This document shows positions 1 through 10,044 of a stretch of DNA of 32,000 nucleotides, piece after piece. The stretch's first letter is position 1; each line of letters opens with the position of its first letter. This DNA comes from Candidatus Saccharimonadota bacterium (GTDB taxonomy: Bacteria > Patescibacteriota > Gracilibacteria > Absconditabacterales > Absconditicoccaceae), in NCBI GenBank assembly GCA_000503875.1, contig CP006913.1, forward strand, positions 1,020,001 to 1,052,000, in the 5' to 3' direction. Below the pieces are notes generated by a model. It was not told the origin of the DNA. It did not search any database and was given only the letters and a program-made list of their open reading frames with translations. Made by a program: the position numbers and the translations under genes.

Positions 1-588
1 TTTTTTTTCAAAATCTTTAGATAACAATTCTGAATCTTTCAATGATTTTTCTACAATTCGATGTTTCAGTTTAAGTAATTCAATATGTGGACTATCTTTT
101 TTATATCCTCTTGGTGCAGTTTTTACGGCTTCATCATACAAATAAAACATATCTCATGCAAAGATCTTATCAATAATTTTTTGAAATTTCTTTCCTTCTT
201 CAGCTATTCAGGCTCTAATAATTTCTGTCACTTTAGACTCTGGCATATACAATCCTCCTGCGATAAAAGAGTTATTTCCTGGCTGAATATGAAGATAAAA
301 ACATGGGGCACCTTGTCTCTTTCCACTTTGAGAAATTTCTATACCAAAGTTCGTTTTATATGGGGTTTTATCTTTAGAAAATCTCGTATCTCTATTGATA
401 CGAAAAATACAATTTCCTGGTTTCATATCGTAAGGTAACTCAAAAAAATTGGAAATTTCATCAATCAGTTTCTGTGCTAATGCAAGAACTTGTTTCCTTA
501 TCACAGCATATTCTTCTTGATGACCATGAAACCATTCACGAGTATTATTGACCTCCAATGCTTCCAAAAAAGCCAAGATTTGTTTCAT
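1..588 (-). CDS. DUF2461 (TIGR02453-like) family protein; C-terminus runs off the window start
   Basis: ATG at 586-588. Track ORF 208..588 (MKQILAFLEALEVNNTREWFHGHQEEY...RINRDTRFSKDKTPYKTNFG) continues in frame through TGA at 208-210 and 154-156, read as Gly. The continuation reads ...KTAPRGYKKDSPHIELLKLKH... and has no TAA/TAG before position 1. Confidence 0.8.
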
Positions 589-757
589 AACAACATTTTT
601 AACAATAAATACTGATAATATATAAAGATTTTATGAAAGCTTTCAATTGCTGATAATTTTTACACTTCTCTTACACCTTATCCATATACTACCCACGCAA
701 TAATATATAAGAATACCAATCGGTATATTATGCGCTTTTATTCTTTATACTATCAAT

Positions 758-1138
758 ATGAAAAAATTAGTACTCGCATCTTTAATCGCCGTAGGATGAT
801 TAGCAGCAGTTTCTACATTTGCTTATCAAGGAACACCTGGTGTTCAAAATCCAAATCCTACAGATCCTGTAAGACATGAAGCAATGCAAAAAGCATTAGA
901 AACTAACAGTTACACTACTTGGAAAGAACTAATGGCAGGTAAAGGAATTCTCAACAAAATCACTACAGAAGAACAATTTAAATCGTTTATCGCTATGAGA
1001 GATGCTTACGCAAAAGGTGATATAACAACTTACAACAAACTAAAAGCAGAACTTTGACTTGGACAAAAAAACTGATCAGGACAAAAACAATGACTAAGAA
1101 ACGGTCAAAGAAATGGAATGGGAAGAAATAATAAATAA
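758..1138 (+). CDS. small secreted or anchored protein with Gly/Gln/Asn-rich tail (126 aa)
   Basis: ATG 758. Hydrophobic N-terminus MKKLVLASLIAVGGLAAVSTFA. Four in-frame TGA read as Gly, three of them in the tail ELGLGQKNGSGQKQGLRNGQRNGMGRNNK. TAA at 1136-1138, followed by a hairpin terminator. Confidence 0.7.
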
Positions 1139-1145
1139 ATGAAAT

Positions 1146-1172
1146 AAGAGGCTATTTAATGCCTCTTTTTTT
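1146..1172 (+). terminator. rho-independent terminator
   Basis: Stem aagaggc (1146-1152) pairs with gcctctt (1161-1167) around an 8-nt loop, followed by a T-run. Confidence 0.7.
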
Positions 1173-1299
1173 ATAATAAATTTTAAATGAGTGTTCTTTT
1201 ATTAGTGATTTTTGTATTCTATAAAATTTAAATTTAAGATTTGTTGACATTTATAAGAAAATAGATAAAAAATAAGTCTTTAATAAATCACGATAAACG

Positions 1300-1569
1300 A
1301 TGATAAATCCAAAAGAATTTAAACAAGTTTTAAGAGAAATTACCAAAAATGACCCTAATTATTCTGAAATAACACAAGAGATTTTAAAAAACTTAGATCA
1401 AAATTATTTAAATGAAACCGAACAACAAAACATCTTAACTTCTCAAATGAAAGATGAAATTTTTAAGATGATATCTATAAAACTACCAGAAAAATTTAAT
1501 TATGATAGACACTCTTTTATGAAACAAATCACAAACGCATTACAAGAAAAATGAATTACTTTATATTAA
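1300..1569 (+). CDS. hypothetical small protein (89 aa)
   Basis: Track ORF 1300..1554 continues through TGA 1552-1554 for 4 more codons (G-ITLY) to TAA 1567-1569. Confidence 0.55.
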
Positions 1570-1573
1570 AAAA

Positions 1574-1600
1574 ACGGCCCCTTAATAGGAGTCGTTTGTT
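1574..1600. terminator. imperfect hairpin between convergent genes (possible bidirectional terminator)
   Basis: acggcccc (1574-1581) pairs with ggagtcgt (1588-1595) with one mismatch and one G-U. An A-run lies upstream and T-rich sequence downstream. Confidence 0.4.
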
Positions 1601-1614
1601 AATAATTGATATTT

Positions 1615-1836
1615 TTAATTATTTATTTCATCATTCACTTCTTGAAGTCCTTCTGAAACATCTTCTTTAACATCACTAATACCCTCTACAACTTCGCCTT
1701 TAACATCAATCATTTCTTCTTTAGCTTCTCCTGCTGCATCATTATATGCATTTTTAACAGCATCTTTGTAAAAATATAAAATTCATCCAGCAATAATAAG
1801 GATAATCACCAAGATAATAATAAGCGTTTTTTTCAT
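1615..1836 (-). CDS. small membrane-anchored acidic protein (73 aa)
   Basis: ATG at 1834-1836. MKKTLIIILVIILIIAGGILYFYKDAVKNAYNDAAGEAKEEMIDVKGEVVEGISDVKEDVSEGLQEVNDEINN. One internal TGA (Gly) inside the TM helix. TAA at 1615-1617. Absent from the standard-code track because of the TGA. Confidence 0.6.
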
Positions 1837-2011
1837 AGGAAAGTATTTATAAATAAAGGTGCCATTAGCACTAAGCTAACTGTACCCTTTAGGAAGAGTT
1901 AGTCAACAGTGTTAAATTACAAAGAAAGATATCAAATACTGGAATATTTTTATCCTATAATTTTTGCATCCTTTTTACATTTTATCCGCATACTGCAAAC
2001 GTTATTATTGT

Positions 2012-2048
2012 AAAAAAAATTCCCAGGTACAATTCCTGGGAATTTTTT
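2012..2048. terminator. strong bidirectional rho-independent terminator
   Basis: Perfect 9-bp stem, attcccagg (2019-2027) with cctgggaat (2035-2043), around a 7-nt loop. Flanked by an A-run and a T-run. It abuts the stop of the minus-strand gene 2047..2373. Confidence 0.8.
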
Positions 2049-2373
2049 ATTTATAATAATCATTCCAAAAATCTGAATTACCCTCCAGATCAGGAACGAC
2101 AACACTAGGATCATGGAATTTATTGATACAAAGATCCAAAAACCTTGTAATAGCAATTAATTCTCTGCCAGGATCATGAGGTGGTTTATTGAGAATAAAC
2201 TTTTCAAAACTAAAACTACCCAGAACTATAAGTTCATTATTCTTTGCGACAATTAAAGAACAATAACTGGACCGATCTTGTACTGCAAAAACAAATTGAT
2301 TTTTTTTTAATCCTGAATTTTTAAGGACATAATCAATCAAATATTGTTGCCCTAGACCATTAACTGTTTCCAT
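2047..2373 (-). CDS. hypothetical protein (108 aa), no in-frame TGA
   Basis: Intact track ORF with a TAA stop at 2047-2049, immediately followed by a terminator. I could not assign a family with confidence. Confidence 0.6.
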   Translation of the reverse strand: METVNGLGQQYLIDYVLKNSGLKKNQFVFAVQDRSSYCSLIVAKNNELIVLGSFSFEKFILNKPPHDPGRELIAITRFLDLCINKFHDPSVVVPDLEGNSDFWNDYYK

Positions 2374-2436
2374 ATTTTTATTTTTAAAATTTGTTTTCTA
2401 TATATAACATACTTATTTAATATAAAATGTCAATAT

Positions 2437-3282
2437 CTATCTTTTTTTCCATTCTGGCAATCTCCATCAAATTCCACCTGTAATAATTGCTATAGAAATA
2501 CCAAGCGTCCATATAATATTTGGATAAATTATTTCAGCTCCCAATCTTTTGAGAATAATTCCAATAAAAGCCCAAATAATAACTAATGCAAAAACAATAT
2601 CATATTTTTTCCAAAGACTAATTAATGCCAATAATGCAGCTACAACGATAACAAGATTAGTCCAAAAAACATCAGTCATCCCTCGCATATTCCATCAAAT
2701 AGTCACAAGTAACGTAGTAATATTTGCTATTGTTGCGACACAAATTCGTCACAAATAGACACTAAAAGGTATTTGAACAAGCAATTTATCAGCACAACTT
2801 CCCAATCTTTCTCCTATTTTAAGTTTTTTTGTTATCACAATCAAGATAATCAAGAACAACAACATAACAATTACTGACAATAACACATTTTGATAATGCC
2901 ATGCAAAAATCCAACCAACATTAGCCATACATGACAAAAGAAACCAGATTCCAATTTTCTTTGTTATATCAAGACTTTTTTTTCTAAATAAATCAACCAA
3001 CTGCCAAATTACAAATCCAAATACCAACAAATAAATCAATCCCCAGATAGAAAAGGTTAGCCCAATTGGCACAAAAAGATTTGGATATAAATCTGACAAT
3101 GCTCATGTAGACATTCATCAAATTGGCAAGGCATTAGCTAAATAATTAACAACTACAACAGCAATAAAAGCCAAAATGTTAAGAATTGCAAGAAACGATA
3201 ACCAAAAGTTTTTCTTGGTTTTCTTTACAATAGGAGCCGAAATTGATTTTTTTGAGACAACTTTTTTTTTCGTAGATTTCAT
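2437..3282 (-). CDS. TspO/MBR-related (tryptophan-rich sensory protein-like) polytopic membrane protein
   Basis: Track ORFs 3118..3321, 2749..3099 and 2467..2688 share one frame and are joined only by TGA codons (3118-3120, 3115-3117, 3103-3105, 2749-2751, 2467-2469 and others). The motif [41 protein letters not shown] is typical of this family. I chose the ATG at 3280-3282 (MKSTKKK...); an alternative TTG start lies at 3321. The true stop is TAG at 2437-2439. Confidence 0.7.
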
Positions 3283-3463
3283 AAGGAGAAAAAGAAAAAA
3301 TAAAAAGTGTTTTAAACACAATCAATGTACTTTCTAGGAAACAAAAATCAATACAAATAAAAGACCAGTCAAATACTTGCTTTTTATAAAATAAACCATA
3401 CCATATCAGTCGTGATGAAATCTTTATGACAACATGCGATTTTTAATTCTTAACGAGAAACGA

Positions 3464-3562
3464 ATGACAGACGAAACAACAACACCAGAAGTAGCTACTG
3501 AAGTAACTACTGAAGAAACAACTGAAGCAACTGAAGAAACTACTGAAGAAGTTGCTGCATAA
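3464..3562 (+). CDS. possible micro-ORF encoding an acidic Thr/Glu-repeat peptide (32 aa; 42 aa if started at ATG 3434)
   Basis: MTDETTTPEVATEVTTEETTEATEETTEEVAA, TAA at 3560-3562. A strong plus-strand terminator follows 15 nt downstream. There is no independent support for translation. Confidence 0.3.
   Translation: MTDETTTPEVATEVTTEETTEATEETTEEVAA
3497..3551 (+). repeat. imperfect tandem repeat, core ACTGAAG x5
   Basis: ACTGAAG begins at 3497, 3509, 3521, 3530 and 3542, giving a spacing of 12, 12, 9 and 12 nt. Confidence 0.8.
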
Positions 3563-3576
3563 ATAAATAGAGAAAA

Positions 3577-3606
3577 CCCCTCACAGAATATACGAGGGGT
3601 TTTTTT
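3577..3606 (+). terminator. rho-independent terminator
   Basis: Stem cccctc (3577-3582) pairs with gagggg (3594-3599), followed by T7. Confidence 0.8.
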
Positions 3607-3691
3607 GTAACAAAAAACAAAACTTGAATTTATATATATTTTCAATATCCATATATATAATAAAATCTGAATTTAATTCTTATTAATTCTC

Positions 3692-4327
3692 ATGAAACAG
3701 CTTCTCATCGTTTTCACATTTGGATTATCTATCATGTTGGTTTGATGTACAAAAATTACAATAAACCCTACTGAAGATACTGAATTTCCACAAGAAACTA
3801 TTACAGAAGAGCCAGAAATTAAAGTTGATATGACAGACAAAAAACAAGTTATGGAGTATACACTAAGTGCACTTAAAGAGGAGAATATGGACAAATTGGA
3901 AACTGTGATAAGCAAAGATGGAGTGCGTTTTTCACCATATAGTTACATAGACACAAAAACACATATAACCCTCAAAAAAGAAGATCTCAAAGAAGCGTTT
4001 GAATGAACAACACAATACGTACGATGATCAGAAGACGGAACAGGAGATCCGATTCTCCTTACATTCAAAAACTATCTCAAGAAATATGTATACGATATAA
4101 ATTTCGAAAAACTTTCCGAGAGAAACTATGATACTATCGTTCAAAGAGGAAATACTATAAACAATATTGAAGATATATATTCATGAGCATCAACCGTTGA
4201 ATTCTTTATTCCAGGAATTAATCCAGAATATGAATGAATGGATCGAAGAAGTTTGACTCTTGTTCTCCAACAAGAAGACAATCAACGAAAAGTGAAAGCA
4301 ATTGTTCACAATCAATGGACAATATAA
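3692..4327 (+). CDS. lipoprotein, unknown function (211 aa)
   Basis: ATG 3692. Signal peptide and lipobox MKQLLIVFTFGLSIMLV-G-C, with the lipobox Gly encoded by TGA 3743-3745. Five in-frame TGA in total. TAA at 4325-4327. Confidence 0.75.
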
Positions 4328-4385
4328 CTAGTATATTCAAGATGCAAGAGAAAAAACAAACAACTCTAAGAAAAATCCACAGCGA

Positions 4386-4772
4386 CTACGCCACAGCTTC
4401 TGTGGTTTTTTTCTTTTTATCTTTGTCGATAAATGTCTTAATAAATCCATACGTTAATTTGGATACATCTTCTACTTGAGACATCAAATCATCACATGTC
4501 GATTGATCAATTTCTTGAATATCTTTTGCTACCAAAAGCAAAGTACGTACTTCAGAAGCTTTTGCTTTAGCCAAATAAAGGAACTCTTTAAATTCACCTT
4601 GAGATCGTCTTTCAAATCCTGCTGCAATAGCTGAAGGCACACTAAGCGCTGCTTTAATAATTTCATATTTCAAGGTAATATCGTCATTTTTCCCAAGCAT
4701 TGTAATAACAGATACAGCTAAAGATTGAGCTTTTTGCCAAGCAAGAATATCTGTAAAATCTTTTATAAGCAT
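4386..4772 (-). CDS. four-helix-bundle protein (23S rRNA intervening-sequence protein family, TIGR02436-like)
   Basis: Intact track ORF. FTDILAWQKAQSLAVSV...SAIAAGFERRSQGEFKEFLYLAKAKASEVRTLLLVAKD matches the family pattern as I remember it. TAG stop at 4386-4388. Confidence 0.8.
   Translation of the reverse strand: MLIKDFTDILAWQKAQSLAVSVITMLGKNDDITLKYEIIKAALSVPSAIAAGFERRSQGEFKEFLYLAKAKASEVRTLLLVAKDIQEIDQSTCDDLMSQVEDVSKLTYGFIKTFIDKDKKKKTTEAVA
4391..4412 (+). terminator. hairpin plus T-run after the lipoprotein gene
   Basis: ccacag (4391-4396) pairs with ctgtgg (4400-4405) around a 3-nt loop, followed by a T-run. It overlaps the 3' end of the convergent gene 4386..4772. Confidence 0.5.
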
Positions 4773-4824
4773 GATTAAAATATTTAAAAAATAAAATTAG
4801 TTTCTTGCATCTTGAATATGCCAG

Positions 4825-6372
4825 TTACTCAGATTCCACAAAAAAAGTTCTATTTCTATACTGCAACGATTCTGCCAAACAGGCAATATCTACCTGTTCT
4901 TTTTCCTCCATATCAGCAATAGTTCTGGCAAGTTTCATAATTCTATGAATTACTCTTGGCGAAAGAGTAAGTTTGTGGGCTGCTTCACTCAAAAATTCTT
5001 TACAAGCAGCATCTAATGGAATAAATTGAGATAAATGTTGTGATTTCATATGAGCATTTGCAGTCAACGATAATCAGACGAAACGCTGTTGTTGACGCTT
5101 CCACGCTACCAATACTTTTTGTCTGAGTGTAAACGAAGACTCTTCAACGCTGGTTGTCAACAGAGAATCAACTGGTATCCTAGGAATTTCCAAAATCATG
5201 TCTATCCTGTCCAAAAGCGGCCCAGATATTTTGCTTTGATATCTTTTGATGTCCGCAAACGAACAAATACAAGCTTTTTCCTTGTCTTTATAATATCAAC
5301 ATTTACAGGGATTCATTGATGCTACAAACATAAAATTTGCAGGATATTGAATACTTCATGATACTCTGGAAATGGTTATCATGCTGTCTTCCAATGGCTG
5401 TCTAAGAACTTCCAAAACTTCTCTCGGAAACTCGGTTAATTCATCAAAAAATAAAATTCCCTTATGAGCCAAACTCACCTCTCCAGGCGTCAACGCCGCA
5501 CCTCAACCAACAATAGAAATTTTGGATGCTGTATGGTGAATTTGCCTATACGGTCTTTGTAAAATCAAGGGCTGATCTTTATGTAATTTTCACACAACAG
5601 AATAAATCTGACTTACTTCTAGGATCTCTCCAAAAGAAAGGGGTGGTAATATTCATTGGATTGCTCTACTCAACAACGTCTTTCAACTTCCTGGAGCACC
5701 TACCAACAACAAGTTATGAAATCCTGCTGCTGCAATAGCCAATGCTCTCTTGGCAAAAAGTAGTCCTTTGATATGCTCAAAATCAACAGATCATATTTGT
5801 GTCATATCAAAATCTGGCAGTTCTTTCGGTTGATCAACTTTTTCCAACTCTTTGCCATACAAAAAAAATTCCAAAAGTTGATGGAAATGAGTAAGCGGAT
5901 ATAAAACAATTCCAGGAATATATTCTACCTCATAGATATTTTCTGCAGGAATAAAAAATGTCGTATATCCATGCTTTGCTGCATCTATGATACACGGCAA
6001 CAATCCATTTATCGGTTTCAAAGATCCATCAAGCCCTAGTTCTCCAAAAAATAGTGATTTCTCGAAAAATCTGGGGACAAAAACATGGTCCTCGAAAATC
6101 AAAAATAACAGTGCCACTGCCATCGGCAGGTCAAAACTTGTCCCCACTTTTTTTAAATCCGATGGTGCCAGATTCAAAATAAATTTCTTATTGGGAATCG
6201 TGATGCCCACATTTCTAAACGTTGCTCTAATCCTTTCTTTAGATTCTTTGATAGCAGCATCAGGGAGTCAAATAATTTCAATAGAAGGAATAGAATTATT
6301 TGCATCAGCTTCTACGATAATTTCATATCATTGCAGCCCTAGATGGGTATATGTCCTGATTTTTTGAATCAT
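4825..6372 (-). CDS. comM: Mg-chelatase-like ATPase ComM/YifB (515 aa)
   Basis: A single frame runs from ATG 6370-6372 to the stop at 4825. I hand-translated the parts not covered by track ORFs (6372-6211 and 5790-5068) and relied on track ORFs 5791..6210 and 4825..5067 for the rest; every break seen is TGA. Motifs: [18 protein letters not shown] (TGA 6268-6270), Walker A GAPGS-G-KT (TGA 5683-5685), Walker [34 protein letters not shown]. Confidence 0.95.
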
Positions 6373-6402
6373 CAGAAAAACAGTGAACAAATAAAGGTTC
6401 CG

Positions 6403-6437
6403 TAAAAAAAGAAAGGATAGGGGAGAAATACTCCCCC
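6403..6437 (-). terminator. rho-independent terminator after the peptidase-like gene
   Basis: Stem ggggag (6420-6425) pairs with ctcccc (6431-6436). On the minus strand it is followed by tcctttcttttttt. Confidence 0.7.
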
Positions 6438-6443
6438 ATCAAA

Positions 6444-7286
6444 CTATCGAGGAAGAAGCTCTAAAAAATTATAATAACTATTGGAATTATTTTTCATCGC
6501 ACAATAAAAATCCCAAAGATCCATGTATTTTACATTTTTATCAAACGATCCTCGATCAGGATCCAATGAATCAGTAAAATAAATTTTGGATCCTACAACA
6601 CCTTTTTGCCAATATATACTATACACCGTTACATAATGCGTATAATTACCAGACAGAGCAATTGTCACAAAAGGAGCTCGATTTACATAAAGAAAAAGCA
6701 TCATTTGTTTAAAAACAGCTAAATAATCTGTCATACTTTTTTGCAAACTAATCGTTCTCGCTTTTACAACATTTCTATCGGTGGTATTGGTATAATCTCT
6801 GAGTTTTGTGATAAGGCTTGAACCACCACATCCATTTTTAACAGTATATACTTGATTAACCGTTACAGGATATGTTTGACCACAGACTGCGGCAACATTT
6901 CCCGTACAAATTACATACGAAGTCCAAGAACAGCTAGATCCATCCGGTTGTCGAACATGACGATATCCCCATTTATAATTATCATAACACCGGAATGCAT
7001 AGGTAGGAATAGACAAAGCAGAAACAGCATCATTAATAGTGTTGTACATAAAATCACCACTTTTCTGAATATTATTTTCAGATTTATGACCGTAGTCCAA
7101 CACGTTTTCTTTAAAAAACTGATCTTCTTCTGGGACATACTCTCCCAAAGATTTGGGTCGCTCTTCATCAGACAAGACATCATCAACAAGATTCTGATTT
7201 TCATCAACAACATCTTCTTTTTGACACCCTGCTCCAAACAGAGTAATAATTCCCATTATCAACATGACAATAATTCTTGTTTTCAT
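6444..7286 (-). CDS. putative lipoprotein with papain-fold / C39-like cysteine peptidase motifs (280 aa)
   Basis: Intact under the standard code with no in-frame TGA. Signal and lipobox-like MKTRIIVMLIMGIITLFGAGC. Gln lies 6 residues before the candidate nucleophile (RQPDGSSCSWTS). His is in GNYTHYVTVYSI and Asp in YFTDSLDPD. TAG stop. The family call is from motif memory only. Confidence 0.7.
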   Translation of the reverse strand: MKTRIIVMLIMGIITLFGAGCQKEDVVDENQNLVDDVLSDEERPKSLGEYVPEEDQFFKENVLDYGHKSENNIQKSGDFMYNTINDAVSALSIPTYAFRCYDNYKWGYRHVRQPDGSSCSWTSYVICTGNVAAVCGQTYPVTVNQVYTVKNGCGGSSLITKLRDYTNTTDRNVVKARTISLQKSMTDYLAVFKQMMLFLYVNRAPFVTIALSGNYTHYVTVYSIYWQKGVVGSKIYFTDSLDPDRGSFDKNVKYMDLWDFYCAMKNNSNSYYNFLELLPR

Positions 7287-7552
7287 AAGCTTTAGTTTTT
7301 AAATTAAACATTTGTTTTCTTTTTATTTTTCGCTCTTTCATGAAAGCACGAGAATTGTAAAAATTTTATCAAAGAAAAAAACTGACAAAAGTAGGACAAA
7401 CGTTTTGATAGATCAGAATTGAGTCTTTAAACAAACATCTAATTACCAAGAAATTTTTTTTAATAAAATTGTTTTAAAAATTAAATAAAAACATATTTAC
7501 TTTTAACATAAAATCATTATAGACACATCAACAAAACTTTAAATAAAAAACT

Positions 7553-8686
7553 ATGACAAAATTAAAAGAAGGTTTAGATGAGAAGCTTAAGGCTCTGTCT
7601 CCCAATTTACAAAAGAAAATTTTTAAAGAAGGAAAAAACTCTTCTATGGGAATGCTTTCACCTGTATCAAAGTTCTTGGTAAATACAAAGAAACATTGTA
7701 ATGGGGGCAAAACTGTAGATGCTGGTTTATGGCTCAAAAGTCATTTGGACAACGATGGTAAAATGTTTTTAACCATGTCTGGTGCTGGCTCTTCATTCCA
7801 AATGGGAATACTTATTAGCGAGCTTATTCGCAAAGGTAAGGTTCATGGAATATCTGTAACAGGAGCAAACATGGAAGAAAGTATGTATCGCTATGTAGCT
7901 CACAGTCATTACGCGTATATCCCAAATTATAGCGAACTCACTCCTGAAGAAGAGAATGAGCTTCGTGAAGTAGGATTAAGAAGAATCACTGATACATTTT
8001 TGCCTGAAGAAGAGTCTGTAAGAAAAATTCTTCCGGCTTTAGAAACATTGTGGAGAAATGCAGAGGAAGAAGGGAATAAATATCTATGGCACGAGTATTT
8101 TTTCCAACTATTCGAAAGGAATTTAATTAAAAAGGATCCTGAAGCTAATGAAGATGATTGTTGGCTTTATCAGGCGTGGAAACACAAAATTCCAGTTTCC
8201 GTACCAGGTTTTGAAGACAGCACTATGGGAAATATTTTTACCCAAATGTGTTATGATGGAGATCATCCATTCCTTTCGAAATACAAGCTTGAAAAACCTA
8301 TCAGTACAACAATTGTTAAACCCGGATTTTCTTACATGCACCATCTAACTGAATGGTACATGGATACCTCCAAAGATTCACCAATTGCTTTTCTTCAATT
8401 AGGCGGTGGTATATCAGCAGATTTTCCAATTTGTGTCGTACCACATATAAAGCACGACTATTTGGAGGAAATCAAGGACATTAAAGAAAAAGACAAATTA
8501 GTACGACCTTGGGCTGCCTTTATTGAAATTCACTCCTCGCCCATGAGCTTCGGTTCATATTCTGGAGCTGGTTTCAAAGAAAAAATCACCTGGGACAAAT
8601 TTGCTCCCGATGCATTTGGCTTACAAATCTTTGGAGATTATACCGAACATTTTCCTGATATAGCAGCGATAATATTAGGAAAATAA
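7553..8686 (+). CDS. deoxyhypusine synthase family protein (377 aa)
   Basis: Intact under the standard code with no in-frame TGA. DHS-like motifs: TMSGAGSSFQMGILISELIRKGKVHGISVTGAN, LQLGGGISADFP, SYSGAGFKEKITWDKF. TAA stop followed by a terminator. Confidence 0.85.
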   Translation: MTKLKEGLDEKLKALSPNLQKKIFKEGKNSSMGMLSPVSKFLVNTKKHCNGGKTVDAGLWLKSHLDNDGKMFLTMSGAGSSFQMGILISELIRKGKVHGISVTGANMEESMYRYVAHSHYAYIPNYSELTPEEENELREVGLRRITDTFLPEEESVRKILPALETLWRNAEEEGNKYLWHEYFFQLFERNLIKKDPEANEDDCWLYQAWKHKIPVSVPGFEDSTMGNIFTQMCYDGDHPFLSKYKLEKPISTTIVKPGFSYMHHLTEWYMDTSKDSPIAFLQLGGGISADFPICVVPHIKHDYLEEIKDIKEKDKLVRPWAAFIEIHSSPMSFGSYSGAGFKEKITWDKFAPDAFGLQIFGDYTEHFPDIAAIILGK

Positions 8687-8706
8687 TATCATTACTAATA
8701 AAAAAA

Positions 8707-8735
8707 TCCCGAACGTATTTATTCGGGGTTTTTTC
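8707..8735. terminator. bidirectional rho-independent terminator between convergent genes
   Basis: cccgaa (8708-8713) pairs with ttcggg (8722-8727). An A-run lies upstream and a T-run downstream. Confidence 0.75.
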
Positions 8736-8737
8736 TT

Positions 8738-10033
8738 TTATTCCTCAACTGAAAATTTTTTTCCTACATGTTTGATTCCATAAAAGACCAACATTGACTC
8801 AATTCCTACATACAACAACAATAAAAAGAAAATCAATTCCCCTGCCAATCATGATTTCAATAATAAGAATACATTGACCAAAAAGGACATAACACTTGCT
8901 ACAATCCAATACCAATAATCTTTATGAGTGAAGAAATGTTTATATTGTTCAGGTAAAACAAACAATCCAAGACTAGTAACGACATTCCAAAGAACTGACC
9001 AAAAAACAATAGACTGAATATGTGACTCAAAATACGAAAATAGACTTACATAGACAGCAAAATGTATTACCAAAAATAAAAATAAATTTTGAAGGAAACT
9101 AGTATAATCCATTTTTTTAAGCAAGAGAACATTTCCTACAAAAAACGAGATAACAATCCAATAAAAAAGATGACTTATTCATCCCATATGTGACCGTTGA
9201 ACAACAAAAGATCCAAACAAAATTAGGACTACCAATACATTTAATGCTTCCAAAACATATCTAAATATTTGAGGCATATCAACAACAAAGGTATACATTT
9301 TTGTCATAAATTCACTAGAAAAAAACGTTTGCGAAGTTATTCTTTCTCCTGCCAAAATACGCCTTACGGAAATGCGTCATTGATGAACAGGTTTTCTTTG
9401 CACAAACCATCGCAATCCAAGATATAGTCACATCAAAAGCACACTTATAAGCGATAATGCAGCTGGCAAAGAAGGAATTCATGAAACAATTAATACACAG
9501 AACAACAGCAATCCACCAACAAATAAACTGTATAAAAAGACATCTTCTATTTCTGTCCAAATTCCTACAATAAATTTCAAAAATCAAATAAATCAGAAAT
9601 TAAACGCCAATAACATTGTCAAAAACGATAACAATTCATTTCACGGAAGTATAAATAATCACGCCAATAACAATACAAATAGAACTAAATAATATCAGAT
9701 TTGAAATATCTTTTTTCCATCATCATAAGCAAAAAAATAGGATAATATCCACAATAAAGCATTACCAACCAACATCCACAATAAAGACAAAGGAAATGTT
9801 ATTCCCAGAAAAGACAAAATACCAAAAACCGCCAACAAAACAATTGACCATGCGATAGGTAAACTATATTTACTCAACTGTAATTTAGAGAAAGAAACTG
9901 GCGTTTTCACTGCAATATATGCAAATCATGCTACCAAAAAAAGCAAAGGGAACAACGCCAAAAACCATAACCCCAAAAAATAAAAATAGAGTACAGCTGA
10001 AATAAGAACAATAAGGGTAAGCAAGAAAAACAT
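8738..10033 (-). CDS. polytopic integral membrane protein, unknown function (431 aa)
   Basis: One frame is open from ATG 10031-10033 to TAA 8738-8740 when TGA=Gly. It fuses track ORFs 9695..9910 and 8849..9124. Hydrophobic helices run throughout (MFFLLTLIVLISAVLYFYFLGLWFLALFPLLFLVAGFAY...). Confidence 0.7.
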
Positions 10034-10044
10034 GAGCCAAAAAG

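Noticed and set aside
85-438. Standard-code track ORFs lying antisense or out of frame to real genes: 85..438+, 1950..2156-, 2549..2758+, 5987..6367+, 6852..7295+, 6911..7237-, 8123..8344-, 13945..14238-, 17270..17656+, 18365..18655+, 29886..30248-, 30827..31147+ and 31657..31935+.
   Set aside because: They overlap better-supported code-25 genes. They have low-complexity F/I/L/K/S-rich translations typical of shadow ORFs in AT-rich DNA, and they resemble no family.
1857-1915. A locally GC-richer patch with two small hairpins (gtgc/gcac and ctaact/agttag) upstream of the small membrane-protein gene.
   Set aside because: I could not match it to any RNA family. The stems are short (4-6 bp), so it is most likely just the promoter or 5' UTR.
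3424-3645. Minus-strand 73-aa Ser/Val-rich ORF.
   Set aside because: It is the antisense image of the ACTGAAG repeat. The adjacent terminator has its T-run oriented for the plus strand.
4386-4772. The four-helix-bundle (23S rRNA IVS-type) gene as a sign of a nearby rRNA intervening sequence or mobile insertion.
   Set aside because: No rRNA sequence, repeats or insertion boundaries flank it. It looks like a free-standing gene downstream of comM.
7335-7346. A perfect 12-nt palindrome, CTTTCATGAAAG, in the divergent intergenic region of the UGA-free islet.
   Set aside because: It is a single short palindrome in AT-rich DNA. It is plausible as an operator but not distinguishable from chance here.
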